57,961 nucleotides of DNA, taken from the NCBI GenBank assembly GCA_038042445.1, contig JBBTED010000136.1:1-57961 (forward strand), in the 5' to 3' direction. The notes beneath the pieces were generated by a model that was not told the DNA's origin, made no database searches, and saw nothing but the letters and a program-made list of their open reading frames with translations. Origin of the DNA: Candidatus Firestoneibacteriota bacterium. GTDB lineage: Bacteria > Oederibacteriota > D2-FULL-39-29 > JBBTED01. Of the stretch, positions 17,225 through 26,770 are shown piece after piece (within the stretch, counting starts at the first letter, position 1; each line of letters starts with the position of its first letter). The position numbers were made by a program, and so were the translations under genes.

Positions 17225-18277
17225 ATGGGGAAAGTTGTAAAAGTAGGTGTTATTGGATGTGGTATAGGGTTTCATCATATCAATGGTTATAAAAGTGTAT
17301 CTGATGTAGAGGTTGTGGCACTTGCAGATTTGGATGAAAAGAAAGGCAGGAAAATAGCTTCAGATTTATGCATCCCAAATTTTTATACAGATTATAAGGA
17401 GATGCTTAAAAATGAAGAAATGGATGCAGTAAGTGTGTGTGTGCCAAATTTTTTGCACTCAAAAATTGCAATTGAAGTCTTAAAATCAGGCAGGCATGTT
17501 TTAGCTGAAAAGCCAATGGCAATGAATGTTAAAGAAGCAAAAGAAATGCAAGATATAGCAAAAAAGATGAAAAAAATATTAATGATTGGTTTTACTCATA
17601 GGTTTAGGGCAGATAGCCAGACATTAATGAAGTTGATAAATGATGGAATTTTAGGCAATATATATCATGCTCGTGCTTATGCATTAAGAAGAAGAGGGAT
17701 TCCAGGATTGGGTGGATGGTTTACTACAAAAGAAAAATCTGGAGGCGGTGGGCTTATAGATATTGGTGTTCATTTACTTGATTTGACAATGTGGTTAATG
17801 AAGAAACCAGAGCCTGTTTCAGTTTCAGCATCTACATATATGAAATTTGGGCATAAAAAAGATTATGTTTATGTTTCAATGTGGAGTAAACCTGTTTCTG
17901 GGGGAACATTTAATGTAGATGATTATGCATCAGGATTTGTAAGATTTGCAAATAATGCAACGTTGAGTTTTGAAGTTAGCTGGGCTGCAAATATAGAAAA
18001 AGATGTTTTCTATTCTGTTATACTTGGTGATAAAGGTGGTGCAGTAATAGATATGTCAAATGATTTGAAAATATTTACAGAATTAAATGGTAAATTGGTT
18101 GATGTTTTTCCAAAATATGCAACTGTAAAAACTACTGATTCTGAAATGGCGCATTTTATAGAGTGTGTTAAAACAGGTAAAGAACCAATTTCATCTGCAA
18201 AAGATGGTGTTCGGATCCAAAAAGTTTTAGATGCTATTTATTTATCATCTAAATTAAAAAAGGATATAAAAATATGA
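17225..18277 (+). CDS. Gfo/Idh/MocA family oxidoreductase
   Basis: GVIGCG, HVLAEKPM, GGGGLIDIGVH. Confidence 0.92.
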   Translation: MGKVVKVGVIGCGIGFHHINGYKSVSDVEVVALADLDEKKGRKIASDLCIPNFYTDYKEMLKNEEMDAVSVCVPNFLHSKIAIEVLKSGRHVLAEKPMAMNVKEAKEMQDIAKKMKKILMIGFTHRFRADSQTLMKLINDGILGNIYHARAYALRRRGIPGLGGWFTTKEKSGGGGLIDIGVHLLDLTMWLMKKPEPVSVSASTYMKFGHKKDYVYVSMWSKPVSGGTFNVDDYASGFVRFANNATLSFEVSWAANIEKDVFYSVILGDKGGAVIDMSNDLKIFTELNGKLVDVFPKYATVKTTDSEMAHFIECVKTGKEPISSAKDGVRIQKVLDAIYLSSKLKKDIKI

Positions 18278-19056
18278 AACTCGGAAGCAATATTTGGTCG
18301 TTTCACAAAGCAGTTAATGCAAAAAAAATAACACAAATTCAATGGATAGAAAAGTGTGCAAAAGAGCTTGACCATGACGGTATAGAATTACTTGATTATG
18401 GTTTTCCTACAACTAATATGGATTATTTGAAAAAAGTTAAAAAACTTGCTACTGATTTACATCTTGAAATTTATGCAATATCTTGTGCAAGTAGATTTGG
18501 AAAAGAAAATAAAAAAGAATTAAGAGAGCAAATTGAGTACGTAAAAAAATGGATAGATATAGGTTATTTTTTTGGTGCGCCAATAGTGCGGTTTTTTGCA
18601 GGGACTCCACAAGGTGAATTTGAAAAAGGCTGGGAAAATATGGCAAAAGCAACTATAGAATGTGTTAAGTATGCTCAAAAAAATGGTATTATACTTGCAG
18701 TTGAGAACCATAATCACGGTGGTTTTATGCAGACATCAAAAGAGGTTCTTAGATTGGCTAAGGAAGTAAACTCACCATATTTTAAAGTATGTCTTGATAC
18801 AGGTAATTTTAAAGATTTATATCCATCTATTGAGAAAACTATAAAAATAGCTGCTTTTGTTCATACAAAACTTTATGTGTTAGATAAAAATGGTGTTGAG
18901 AAGAAACTTGATTATGAGCGAATTTTTAAAATTCTGAAAAAAGCAAAGTATACGGGATATTTGAGTATTGAATTTGAGGGTGAAGAAAATGAATTTACCG
19001 CAATGAAACGTGGTTGTTCATATCTTAGACGTATGATAAATAAGTATGCTAAATAA
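18274..19056 (+). CDS. sugar phosphate isomerase/epimerase (xylose isomerase-like TIM barrel)
   Basis: DGIEL, LAVENH, CLDTGN, YTGYLSIEFEG. Confidence 0.88.
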   Translation: MKLGSNIWSFHKAVNAKKITQIQWIEKCAKELDHDGIELLDYGFPTTNMDYLKKVKKLATDLHLEIYAISCASRFGKENKKELREQIEYVKKWIDIGYFFGAPIVRFFAGTPQGEFEKGWENMAKATIECVKYAQKNGIILAVENHNHGGFMQTSKEVLRLAKEVNSPYFKVCLDTGNFKDLYPSIEKTIKIAAFVHTKLYVLDKNGVEKKLDYERIFKILKKAKYTGYLSIEFEGEENEFTAMKRGCSYLRRMINKYAK

Positions 19057-20437
19057 AGCAAAGGAAACAATAGAGAAATATAGAATGTTGGATGTGGGAG
19101 ATAAAGTTGCAATAGCAGTTTCAGGAGGGCCGGATTCTTTGGCCCTCCTTTTTATTTTACATCAATTGGCAGATGAGTTTAATTTGAAATTAACTGTTTT
19201 GCACCTGAATCATAAACTCAGAGGCAAAGAGTCAGATGATGATGAGACGTATGTCAAAAAAATATGCAAAAAATTAAAAATTCAATGTAGTGCAAAGACC
19301 GTTGATGTTTTAGAATATGCTGTAGCCACAAAGCTTTCTATTGAAGATGCATCTCGTAAGATTCGCTATGAATTTTTTGAAAGAGAATCAAAAAAAATAA
19401 AAGCTGATAAATTAGCATTAGGTCATAATTTTGATGATCAGGCGGAAACAGTTCTAATGCGTATTTTAAGAGGTGCAGGTTTAGATGGATTAACAGGTAT
19501 TCCACCAGTCAGAAAATTATCTTCCGTTCTTATTATAAGACCTCTTATTGAATGTCCACGAAAAGAAATAGAAGTATTTTTAAAGTCGCATAATTTAACT
19601 TGGCGACAGGATTCATCTAATTTGAAAGATATTTACTTTAGAAACAAAATACGATTAAAATTATTATCACTTATTGAGAAAGAATATAGTCCTGCAATTA
19701 AAAAAAATCTTGTCCAGCTTTCAGAAATTGCAAGACAGGACATTGATTTTTTAAAAGGCGAAGCAAAAAAAATATTCAAAAAATTGGCAATATTCAAAGA
19801 GGGCAAAGTTTTATTTGAGATTAAAAAATTTACAGTTATGCATTTGTCTTTGCAGAGGTTGTTATTGAGAGAGGCAATAATTAGTGTCTGTGGGAATCTT
19901 CTGGGAATAACTTATGAACATTTAGAACAAATTTTGGAATCAGTGAGAACTAAAAAAACAATAAATATTGAATTACCGCATCAGGTATATGCCAAAATTA
20001 GATACGGTAATATAGAAATTGGATTAAAGAAAGATATTCTCAAAAAAGAAGCTTTTTTTTGCCAGATAGAAATTCCAGGGGAATTCTATATACCGGAAAT
20101 TGATAAAACGATTTTTACTTCATTTAAAAATATAAAGTATTTAAAATTAAAAACTAAGAACAAAAAAAAGATTTTAGTTGATGCAGATAAGATAGATCTT
20201 CCACTTGTATTACGTAACAGACTAAATGGAGATAGATTTTATCCATTTGGTATGAATTTTAGCAAAAAACTTAAAATATTCCTAATAGATGAAAAGATTC
20301 CATTTGAATATCGCGATAAAATACCTATACTTGTTGATAATAGAGGTAAAATAATCTGGGTTATTGGATTACGAATGGATAATAGGTTTAAAGTAACACG
20401 GTATACACAAAATGCTTTGGAAATCAGTATTTACTAA
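19046..20437 (+). CDS. tilS: tRNA(Ile)-lysidine synthetase
   Basis: AVSGGPDS, HLNHKLR, GHNFDDQAET, IIRPL, DSSN, RNKIR, C-terminal TilS_C domain. Confidence 0.96.
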   Translation: MLNKAKETIEKYRMLDVGDKVAIAVSGGPDSLALLFILHQLADEFNLKLTVLHLNHKLRGKESDDDETYVKKICKKLKIQCSAKTVDVLEYAVATKLSIEDASRKIRYEFFERESKKIKADKLALGHNFDDQAETVLMRILRGAGLDGLTGIPPVRKLSSVLIIRPLIECPRKEIEVFLKSHNLTWRQDSSNLKDIYFRNKIRLKLLSLIEKEYSPAIKKNLVQLSEIARQDIDFLKGEAKKIFKKLAIFKEGKVLFEIKKFTVMHLSLQRLLLREAIISVCGNLLGITYEHLEQILESVRTKKTINIELPHQVYAKIRYGNIEIGLKKDILKKEAFFCQIEIPGEFYIPEIDKTIFTSFKNIKYLKLKTKNKKKILVDADKIDLPLVLRNRLNGDRFYPFGMNFSKKLKIFLIDEKIPFEYRDKIPILVDNRGKIIWVIGLRMDNRFKVTRYTQNALEISIY

Positions 20438-20546
20438 GTTGCCTATCCTATAGAAATTTTTGTAATATATGCATTTTTTGGAGGAATATGTAAATTTCTA
20501 GATTTGTGGAGTTTATCCATTTTTATGGAACTATGATTCATAATAT

Positions 20547-20579
20547 TGTCATTCCCGAAGTCTCAAACGGGAAGTCCAG
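20547..20579 (+). repeat. GTCATTCCCG-family palindromic repeat arm
   Basis: TGTCATTCCCG-N-CGGGAAGTCCAG, similar to copies at 22909, 25258 and 51722. Confidence 0.6.
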
Positions 20580-20755
20580 TGTTTTTTTAAAGTGCAGGGT
20601 CTTTTACGGTTTGTCGCCCAAACCCCTTTATTAGAATTTCAGAGTTGGGTTACCAACAAAATTCCGTTATTAGACCGCTGACTCTATTAATTTTGCCGAA
20701 AATACTTTCCTCTGCATTTGTAATCACTTTTTTGACCTCTGATACCATCACTTTT

Positions 20756-20869
20756 GCCAAAAAAGGTGGAGGGTATATTTATCATTCAGATCACAGTATA
20801 CCAAAAGATGTATCATTTGAACGATATTGTAAAATCATGGAAATGGTAAGAGAATACGGAAAATATTAA
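20756..20869 (+). pseudogene. C-terminal remnant of a uroporphyrinogen decarboxylase-family protein
   Basis: KKGGGYIYHSDHSIPKDVSFERY..V.EYGKY resembles the URO-D superfamily C-terminus; the upstream part of the ORF is unrelated and has no credible start. Confidence 0.65.
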
Positions 20870-20944
20870 AAAAAATATTGCATATTATTTCAGAATTAGT
20901 GTATAATTCACAATAATTATAATTGATAGAAAGGAGTGGAAAAA

Positions 20945-21466
20945 ATTAATAAAGATAAAGTAAGGATTAATAGGCAGATTCGAAGTAAGGAAGTAAGACT
21001 TATTGATAGCAATAGTAAACAAGTAGGTGTTGTTACTATAGAAAAGGCATTAGAACTTGCTCTTCAGGAAAATTTAGATTTAATTGAAATTGCTCCAAAT
21101 GCTAATCCTCCTGTATGTAAAATTATTGATTATGGAAAATATAGGTATGAGGTTAGCAAACGTGAAAAGGCTGCACGTAAGAAACAGAAAGTTGTTGTAG
21201 TTAAAGAAATAAAAATGAGGCCCAAAATTGATGAACATGATTTTCAAACAAAACGTAATCATATACAACGTTTTATAGAAAAGGGTGATAAAGTAAAAGT
21301 ATCAATAATGTTTAGAGGTAGAGAAAGATCACACTTAGAAATTGGTAGAACACATTTGAGTAGATTAACTAATGAAATAGAACAGCTTGGTGCAGTAGTT
21401 GAGTCTCCGCCACGTGTTGATGGGGCGAATATGGTTATGTTATTAGCGCCAAAGCCAAAAAAGTGA
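20945..21466 (+). CDS. infC: translation initiation factor IF-3 (ATT start)
   Basis: RINRQIR..VRLID, PPVCKIIDYGKY, KEIKMRP, GDKVKV..FRGRE; SD AAGGAG 8 nt before in-frame ATT at 20945. Confidence 0.95.
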   Translation: MNKDKVRINRQIRSKEVRLIDSNSKQVGVVTIEKALELALQENLDLIEIAPNANPPVCKIIDYGKYRYEVSKREKAARKKQKVVVVKEIKMRPKIDEHDFQTKRNHIQRFIEKGDKVKVSIMFRGRERSHLEIGRTHLSRLTNEIEQLGAVVESPPRVDGANMVMLLAPKPKK

Positions 21467-21475
21467 GTAAAAATT

Positions 21476-21664
21476 ATGAAACTAAAAACAAACAGTGGTG
21501 TTAAAAAACGTTTCAAGATTACTGGAAGTGGTAAGGTTATGAAACGAAAAGTTGGAATGCGTCACAAATTAACAAAAAAAGGGAAAAATAGAAAAAATTC
21601 GTTAAAACATAGTTCGGTGCTAAATACTATAAATGCTTACTATATAAAGAGGCTAATAGCATAA
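21476..21664 (+). CDS. rpmI: 50S ribosomal protein L35
   Basis: KLKTNSGVKKRFKITGSGK; conserved infC-rpmI-rplT order. Confidence 0.95.
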   Translation: MKLKTNSGVKKRFKITGSGKVMKRKVGMRHKLTKKGKNRKNSLKHSSVLNTINAYYIKRLIA

Positions 21665-21691
21665 AGAATCTAATAGCAAAGTGAGGAATTT

Positions 21692-22054
21692 ATGTCTCGA
21701 GTAAAAGGTGGAGTTACAACACGTAGAAGAAAGAAAAAAATATTTAAGCTAGCAAAAGGGTATTGGGGTAAGAAAAAACATTCTTATGTTTTTGCAACTG
21801 AAGCAGTAGATAGAGCTGGTAATTTTGCACATCGTGATAGACGTGCCAAAAAAAGAGATTTTAGAGGTTTGTTTATTGCACGGATAAATGCTGGAGCACG
21901 ACAAAATGGAATTAGCTACAGTAATCTTATGAATGGTTTTAAAAAAGCAAAAGTGTTAATTGATAGAAAAATTCTTGCAAATCTGGCGGTTTCTGACGCA
22001 AATGCATTTACACAGTTAGTCAATCTTGCCAAGTCCCAACTTGGTGTAGTGTAG
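21692..22054 (+). CDS. rplT: 50S ribosomal protein L20
   Basis: [33 protein letters not shown]. Confidence 0.97.
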   Translation: MSRVKGGVTTRRRKKKIFKLAKGYWGKKKHSYVFATEAVDRAGNFAHRDRRAKKRDFRGLFIARINAGARQNGISYSNLMNGFKKAKVLIDRKILANLAVSDANAFTQLVNLAKSQLGVV

Positions 22055-22095
22055 CGGTTGAGCGATTGCCGTGTAGCGGTCCGCCTAGGCGGACT
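22051..22095 (+). repeat. GTAG-type REP-like palindromes
   Basis: GTAGCGGT occurs twice, the second with a GTCCGCC-TA-GGCGGAC hairpin; the first TAG is the rplT stop. Confidence 0.6.
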
Positions 22096-22115
22096 ATCTT
22101 ACGTTTCATCCTAAT

Positions 22116-22868
22116 ATGCCAAAATTATTAGATTCCTGTTTTATTATTGAAGGAATCAGAAGTATTGAAGAAGCTATTAATGATAACGTTCAAATAGTTA
22201 ATATATATTATACAGAGGATTTTTTACGAACCACAACAGGCAAATCGTTGCTTGATAAAATTCAACATAAAAAGATAAAAGCATTACAGATATCAAACCG
22301 CCGTTTTAGACATTTTGCAGATACTCAGACACCGCAGGGAATAATTGCAATGGCAAAAAAAATCTCTTTTACGGAACCTGAGTTTTTTAATGATGTTAAA
22401 GGAATAATGGTATTTTGCTATAAAATATCTGACCCGGGAAATTTAGGAACTATAATAAGAATATGCGATGCTGTAGGTGTTAATAGAATAGTTTTAAGTA
22501 AAGATACAGTTAATCAATATAATCCAAAAGTTGTCAGAGCAACAATGGGTTCAGTTTTTAATGTGCCAATATTATCTGGCTCTGAGATTATTGATTCTAT
22601 TGCAAGAATGCGGGAAAAGAAAATAAAAATAATAATGGCTGATACTACTGCAAAGAAAAATTATGACGTAGTTTCTTATTCAACACCCTGTGCGTTGTTT
22701 GTAGGGAGTGAAGCAAGTGGTTTGCCAAATGATATTCTAAAATACGCAGATGAGATAGTAAAAATACCGATATTTGGAAAAGCAGAATCTTTGAATGTAG
22801 CTGTTGCAACAGGAATAATTTTATATGAAATGGCTAAGCAAATAAGAAACTGCAAAACGAATGCTTGA
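22116..22868 (+). CDS. TrmH/SpoU family RNA methyltransferase
   Basis: DPGNLGTIIR, GSEASGL, IPI.G.AESLNVAVA. Confidence 0.93.
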   Translation: MPKLLDSCFIIEGIRSIEEAINDNVQIVNIYYTEDFLRTTTGKSLLDKIQHKKIKALQISNRRFRHFADTQTPQGIIAMAKKISFTEPEFFNDVKGIMVFCYKISDPGNLGTIIRICDAVGVNRIVLSKDTVNQYNPKVVRATMGSVFNVPILSGSEIIDSIARMREKKIKIIMADTTAKKNYDVVSYSTPCALFVGSEASGLPNDILKYADEIVKIPIFGKAESLNVAVATGIILYEMAKQIRNCKTNA

Positions 22869-22908
22869 AATTGTATATAGCATTTTATCTCATTCCTGTT
22901 TCTTTTCT

Positions 22909-22935
22909 TGTCATTCCCGCGAAAGCGGGAATCCA
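22909..22935 (+). repeat. GTCATTCCCG-family palindromic repeat (left arm)
   Basis: TGTCATTCCCGCGAAAGCGGGAATCCA. Confidence 0.75.
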
Positions 22936-22950
22936 GAGTAAACTCCAGTA

Positions 22951-23277
22951 CTAATGAATTTGTTGAAGAATTTTGACAACCCGTTTTCTATAGCTAACAG
23001 GCCGTTTTTTAACCAAAGAAATAATTTTCATGGTTAAAGTATCATATTTGGCAGGTTTTGGTGGCTTGTGAGAATCAAAAAGCTTATTCATCGGTATTTC
23101 AAGAGCATTAGAAACTAAATAAAGTGTTTCGATAGAAGGTTTATCTTTACCTCTTTCAATTTGGCTTAAATATGCCCAATCTCTATGACATTTTTCTGAT
23201 AATTGTTCTAATGTAAGACCTTGTTGTAATCTCACTTCTCTTATTTTCCTGCCAATATCTTTATATAAGGTTTTCAT
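22951..23277 (-). CDS. XRE-family helix-turn-helix regulator
   Basis: IGRKIREVR..GLTLEQLSE..YLSQIERGK..PSIETL. Confidence 0.9.
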   Translation of the reverse strand: MKTLYKDIGRKIREVRLQQGLTLEQLSEKCHRDWAYLSQIERGKDKPSIETLYLVSNALEIPMNKLFDSHKPPKPAKYDTLTMKIISLVKKRPVSYRKRVVKILQQIH

Positions 23278-23363
23278 ATGCTGTTTCAATATATAAAAAT
23301 AAACTTCAAAAGTGTATTATACATAGCAAATAATATTGATATTAACCATAGCAAAAATTTCTA

Positions 23364-23392
23364 TTGACACAGGTTTTTGAAAAGCATAGAAT
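23364..23392 (+). promoter_or_regulatory. sigma70 promoter of the nuclease-like gene
   Basis: TTGACA-17 nt-TAGAAT; CATAGCAAA direct repeats at 23322 and 23347 upstream. Confidence 0.65.
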
Positions 23393-23438
23393 TAAGTAGA
23401 AAATAATGTTTTTTTTGAACATTATTTAGGAGGAAATT

Positions 23439-24002
23439 ATGGAAGGAATATTTACTTTGCCTTATTCTGAATATGAAGCAATAAATCAATTACAGAAATT
23501 TTTTAAAAAGAAGAAAGGTTATTCAATTTTTATTCCAACTAGTAGGCAGCAAAAAGGAATAGATTTTATAATTATGAATTGTAACAATAATAAGATATTA
23601 AAAGTTCAATGCAAAAGTTCTCGTTCCTATTCACATGATGAAAAAAAAGTAGAAAAAAATAAAAAATATAGTCTATGGTTTAATAACTTTATAAAGAGAT
23701 ATAAGAAAGGAGTGGCAGATATATACTTGTTATTTGGACTCTATCCTGAATATACAGTACAGCATAATATTAAAACAAAAAACAAAATTTGGAAAAGTAT
23801 AATATTGGTTTTTGAAGATGCAGAAATGAAAGATATATTGCGTATGGTAAAAACTAGAGAAGGAAAAGTCGATAAATTTTTTTCTGTTAGATTTGATGAT
23901 GATTCGGCTGTTTATGGTGGTAGAGGATTTATAAATAATCATATAAATTCCACAAGATATTTACTTAAGAATAAAGTAAAGAATTTATTAAAAAAGTTAT
24001 AA
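23439..24002 (+). CDS. putative PD-(D/E)XK superfamily nuclease
   Basis: SE in the N-terminal helix, GIDF, then KVQCKS (D..QxK variant); basic protein; SD AGGAGG. Confidence 0.6.
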   Translation: MEGIFTLPYSEYEAINQLQKFFKKKKGYSIFIPTSRQQKGIDFIIMNCNNNKILKVQCKSSRSYSHDEKKVEKNKKYSLWFNNFIKRYKKGVADIYLLFGLYPEYTVQHNIKTKNKIWKSIILVFEDAEMKDILRMVKTREGKVDKFFSVRFDDDSAVYGGRGFINNHINSTRYLLKNKVKNLLKKL

Positions 24003-24018
24003 GCAATGTAAAAACATT

Positions 24019-24549
24019 ATGATAATGTTGAAATGGATTATGTATAAATGGGAAAAAGGAATATATTGGTTTGTTATTGTAATGATTATAGGTTTATTTA
24101 CAGGAGGCTGTAGAAGAGAAGAAGTAGAAAGATTGGCAATAGAAAACTCAAGTCTAAAAATAGAAAATGCCAATTTAAAAAAAGAAGTTATAATAATAAG
24201 AAAACAACTTGAACCATATCTAAAAGCACAAATGGTATTTAATAAAAAAATATCGCAAGATCCAGCTTATGCCAAATTAACTCAGTATGAATACGAAGAT
24301 ATTAAATTTGTATTTGAAAACGCGCCTATGGTAATAAGAATACTTATTGTAAAAAAAATGCCGGAAATAAATAGTTATGCTGATTTTTTGGATATGTCGT
24401 TGAATAAGCAGATAAATGCAATGAAAAAGTTTTTTTACACTTGGTTGGGCGAAAACATGAATGAGGATATGTTAATTTATGTTTTACAAAAACAATTTTC
24501 TCCATATCTGGACGGTGCATTAGCAAAAAAAATTGCAAAATACAAATAA
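24019..24549 (+). CDS. hypothetical lipoprotein-like protein with coiled coil
   Basis: Hydrophobic stretch ending FTGGC (lipobox-like) followed by a short coiled coil. Confidence 0.55.
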   Translation: MIMLKWIMYKWEKGIYWFVIVMIIGLFTGGCRREEVERLAIENSSLKIENANLKKEVIIIRKQLEPYLKAQMVFNKKISQDPAYAKLTQYEYEDIKFVFENAPMVIRILIVKKMPEINSYADFLDMSLNKQINAMKKFFYTWLGENMNEDMLIYVLQKQFSPYLDGALAKKIAKYK

Positions 24550-24568
24550 ATAATTATATAAAAGAAAT

Positions 24569-25252
24569 ATGAGAAAAATAATTTACAAACTTTATTTTTT
24601 GATTTTATTTGCATTGATTGGCGTTATATGTGAAGCTAATGAGGATATTGATTATTTTCCTTTAAAAATTGGAAATAGTTGGGGATATATAGTCTGTAAG
24701 AATGGTAAAATTCCTACGAAGGTAGAAGAAAGTAGTATGGAGTATGTTGATACTGTGATAAAAATTGAAAAGCAAGATGATGTTTTGGTAGCTACCCTAA
24801 ACCGTTCTTATTATATATACGGTCACCATACTGTTTCTGACCGTTTGTTTATTACATTTGATATTGATAAGAAAGGAGTAACAGCAGATGTTTTTCGTAA
24901 GCATTTAGAGTTATTAGCAACTGCCCAACGCTCTGATAGGATTGATACGATTAATTGGATTCTTTTTGATCAGATATTAAGACATGATTGGATTTTTTTC
25001 GGTGAATGGATATTATCACAATCTATGCTAAACTTTGAAATTATATCTATGAATAATGAGGTTAAAATAGGAGAAATAACACTTGCTAATTGTTTAGCTA
25101 TTAAGACACAACCTTGCATAATATATGAGAAAGAAGAATGGTGTATAATTTATTATTATGCTCCAAATATAGGAAGGGTTAAAATCATTGGGCGTAATAA
25201 AAATGGAGATGAGGTGCCATTGATTATACTTACAGACTATAATATAAAATAA
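24569..25252 (+). CDS. hypothetical exported beta-rich protein
   Basis: Signal peptide, DYFPLKIGNSWGY N-terminus, YYAPNIGRVK C-terminus. Confidence 0.65.
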   Translation: MRKIIYKLYFLILFALIGVICEANEDIDYFPLKIGNSWGYIVCKNGKIPTKVEESSMEYVDTVIKIEKQDDVLVATLNRSYYIYGHHTVSDRLFITFDIDKKGVTADVFRKHLELLATAQRSDRIDTINWILFDQILRHDWIFFGEWILSQSMLNFEIISMNNEVKIGEITLANCLAIKTQPCIIYEKEEWCIIYYYAPNIGRVKIIGRNKNGDEVPLIILTDYNIK

Positions 25253-25257
25253 TATTT

Positions 25258-25284
25258 TGAATTCCCTCATTCGCGGGAATGACA
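25258..25284 (-). repeat. GTCATTCCCG-family palindromic repeat (right arm)
   Basis: Reverse complement matches 22909..22935 at 24 of 27 positions. Confidence 0.7.
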
Positions 25285-25308
25285 TGGTGTTTAGTAAGGA
25301 TTTGCAAA

Positions 25309-25587
25309 TTACTTGAATGTTTTAAGGCAACGTTTAATATCGTCGTGATTCCCTAAACAAAAGAATTTAACCAGATTATTTTCGTGGAAATATGCTATAC
25401 GAAGATGAATATTTATCCTGCCTTCATATATTTTTTTAGAAAGTTTTTTGATTCTCAATCCATAAGGTGCGTTGTTTGTTTCCATATATTCCTTAATTCT
25501 CTCTAAAGTTTGAGTAATAAATTCTTGCTCGTGCTTATTGTAGGAATCAAATTTTTTTATAAATGAACGAAGAACAATATACTCCAT
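25309..25587 (-). CDS. RelE/ParE-like toxin
   Basis: 92 aa, basic; GLRIKKL..IYEGRINIHLRI..LGNHDD; coupled to an AbrB-type gene. Confidence 0.7.
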   Translation of the reverse strand: MEYIVLRSFIKKFDSYNKHEQEFITQTLERIKEYMETNNAPYGLRIKKLSKKIYEGRINIHLRIAYFHENNLVKFFCLGNHDDIKRCLKTFK

Positions 25588-25859
25588 TACTTCTTGATCC
25601 TTTTCTTGAAATATTTCATCATTGTTTCCCCTGTTTTGAATGTTATTTCCTCTTTAGGTAATCCTTTTGATAATACTTTTTCTGTTGCTTCCAGATATTC
25701 TTGTGGGTATTTATCCTCAAAAATAACTTCTTTGGGAAGCATTATAATTTTATTCCCTACCTTTTCTATTTCCATAAAATCACCTTTCTTTAAATCAAAA
25801 GCATTTGCAATATCGTAAGGGATAGTAACCTGATGTTTACTGCTTATTTTAACAACCAT
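25587..25859 (-). CDS. AbrB/MazE/SpoVT family antitoxin
   Basis: MVVKISSKHQVTIP..LKKGD..IIMLP; SD AGGAG. Confidence 0.85.
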   Translation of the reverse strand: MVVKISSKHQVTIPYDIANAFDLKKGDFMEIEKVGNKIIMLPKEVIFEDKYPQEYLEATEKVLSKGLPKEEITFKTGETMMKYFKKRIKK

Positions 25860-26049
25860 TTTTATCACTCTCCTGTCAATAGAGGTTGTTAAAAAAAGAA
25901 ACAATCTCTATAAAATTTTGTTTTTTTAAAGCCTACAATAATTCATATTTAGTAGTATTTCCTACTATCAGACTATAAGAATAGCTTTTTTCTTACTATA
26001 TGTCAAGAAATATTTATACAGGACTGGAACAAAATGGGTAATTTAATTA

Positions 26050-26574
26050 TTATTCTGGTAGCAATTCTCCGTAGACTTCAATTTCAGATAATCTTATCAT
26101 TTTATCTTCAGGGCCTTCTGTGAAAACTATTTGTATTTTTGTGCTTGTTATAGCGGGGAAAGAATAATTTCTTTCAATTTTAGTGTTTTCATCTTCAACA
26201 ATTATCCTTCGCCATTTGTTATTTGCTTCATCCCAGTATTCTAATCTGTATCCTTTTGATACATATTCTGTTATTTTTTTGTCTCCTGGAAAATATAATT
26301 TAATAGCATTAAATTTTGATTTTTTCTTAAAATCTACTGTAAACCAATGGTCTCTTTTTTTTTCAGAACACCAATATTTGGTAATATCCTGAGTAATGCC
26401 ATCAACAGCATTTTCCGGAAGAGTATCTTTGTTTAATGTTGAGTCTGTAGAAACTGTTGCATTTAATGCAATATTTTTTTTGTCTTTGTTTATATCACTA
26501 GTTTGCGCTATGGATGATGTACTAATTGATAAAATTACGATAGTTGTCAACAGCAAAAATATTTTATTATTCAT
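26050..26574 (-). CDS. exported discoidin (F5/8 type C) domain protein
   Basis: Signal peptide; NIALNA, NAVDG, WCS, WFTVDF, RLSEIEVYG. Confidence 0.85.
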   Translation of the reverse strand: MNNKIFLLLTTIVILSISTSSIAQTSDINKDKKNIALNATVSTDSTLNKDTLPENAVDGITQDITKYWCSEKKRDHWFTVDFKKKSKFNAIKLYFPGDKKITEYVSKGYRLEYWDEANNKWRRIIVEDENTKIERNYSFPAITSTKIQIVFTEGPEDKMIRLSEIEVYGELLPE

Positions 26575-26650
26575 ATATTTTACCCTCCTAAATTTGCAAT
26601 AGATTAGTTGTTCTAAAATATCTATTCATTATTGTAACTGCAGAGCGTTA

Positions 26651-26770
26651 GAGTTTGTGCCAAAACCCCATTTTGTCATCCTGAACGAAGTGAAGGATCT
26701 CGTTTTTAAAAGACTTTAAAGCGAGATTCTTCGGCTATCGCCTCAGAATGACACCTTTTGGCACAGGCTC
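26651..26770. mobile_element. 120-bp MITE
   Basis: 15-bp terminal inverted repeats (GAGTTTGTGCCAAAA / TTTTGGCACAGGCTC, 13 of 15 match), flanked by a GTTA duplication; internal GTCATCCTGA..TCAGAATGAC palindrome. Confidence 0.8.
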
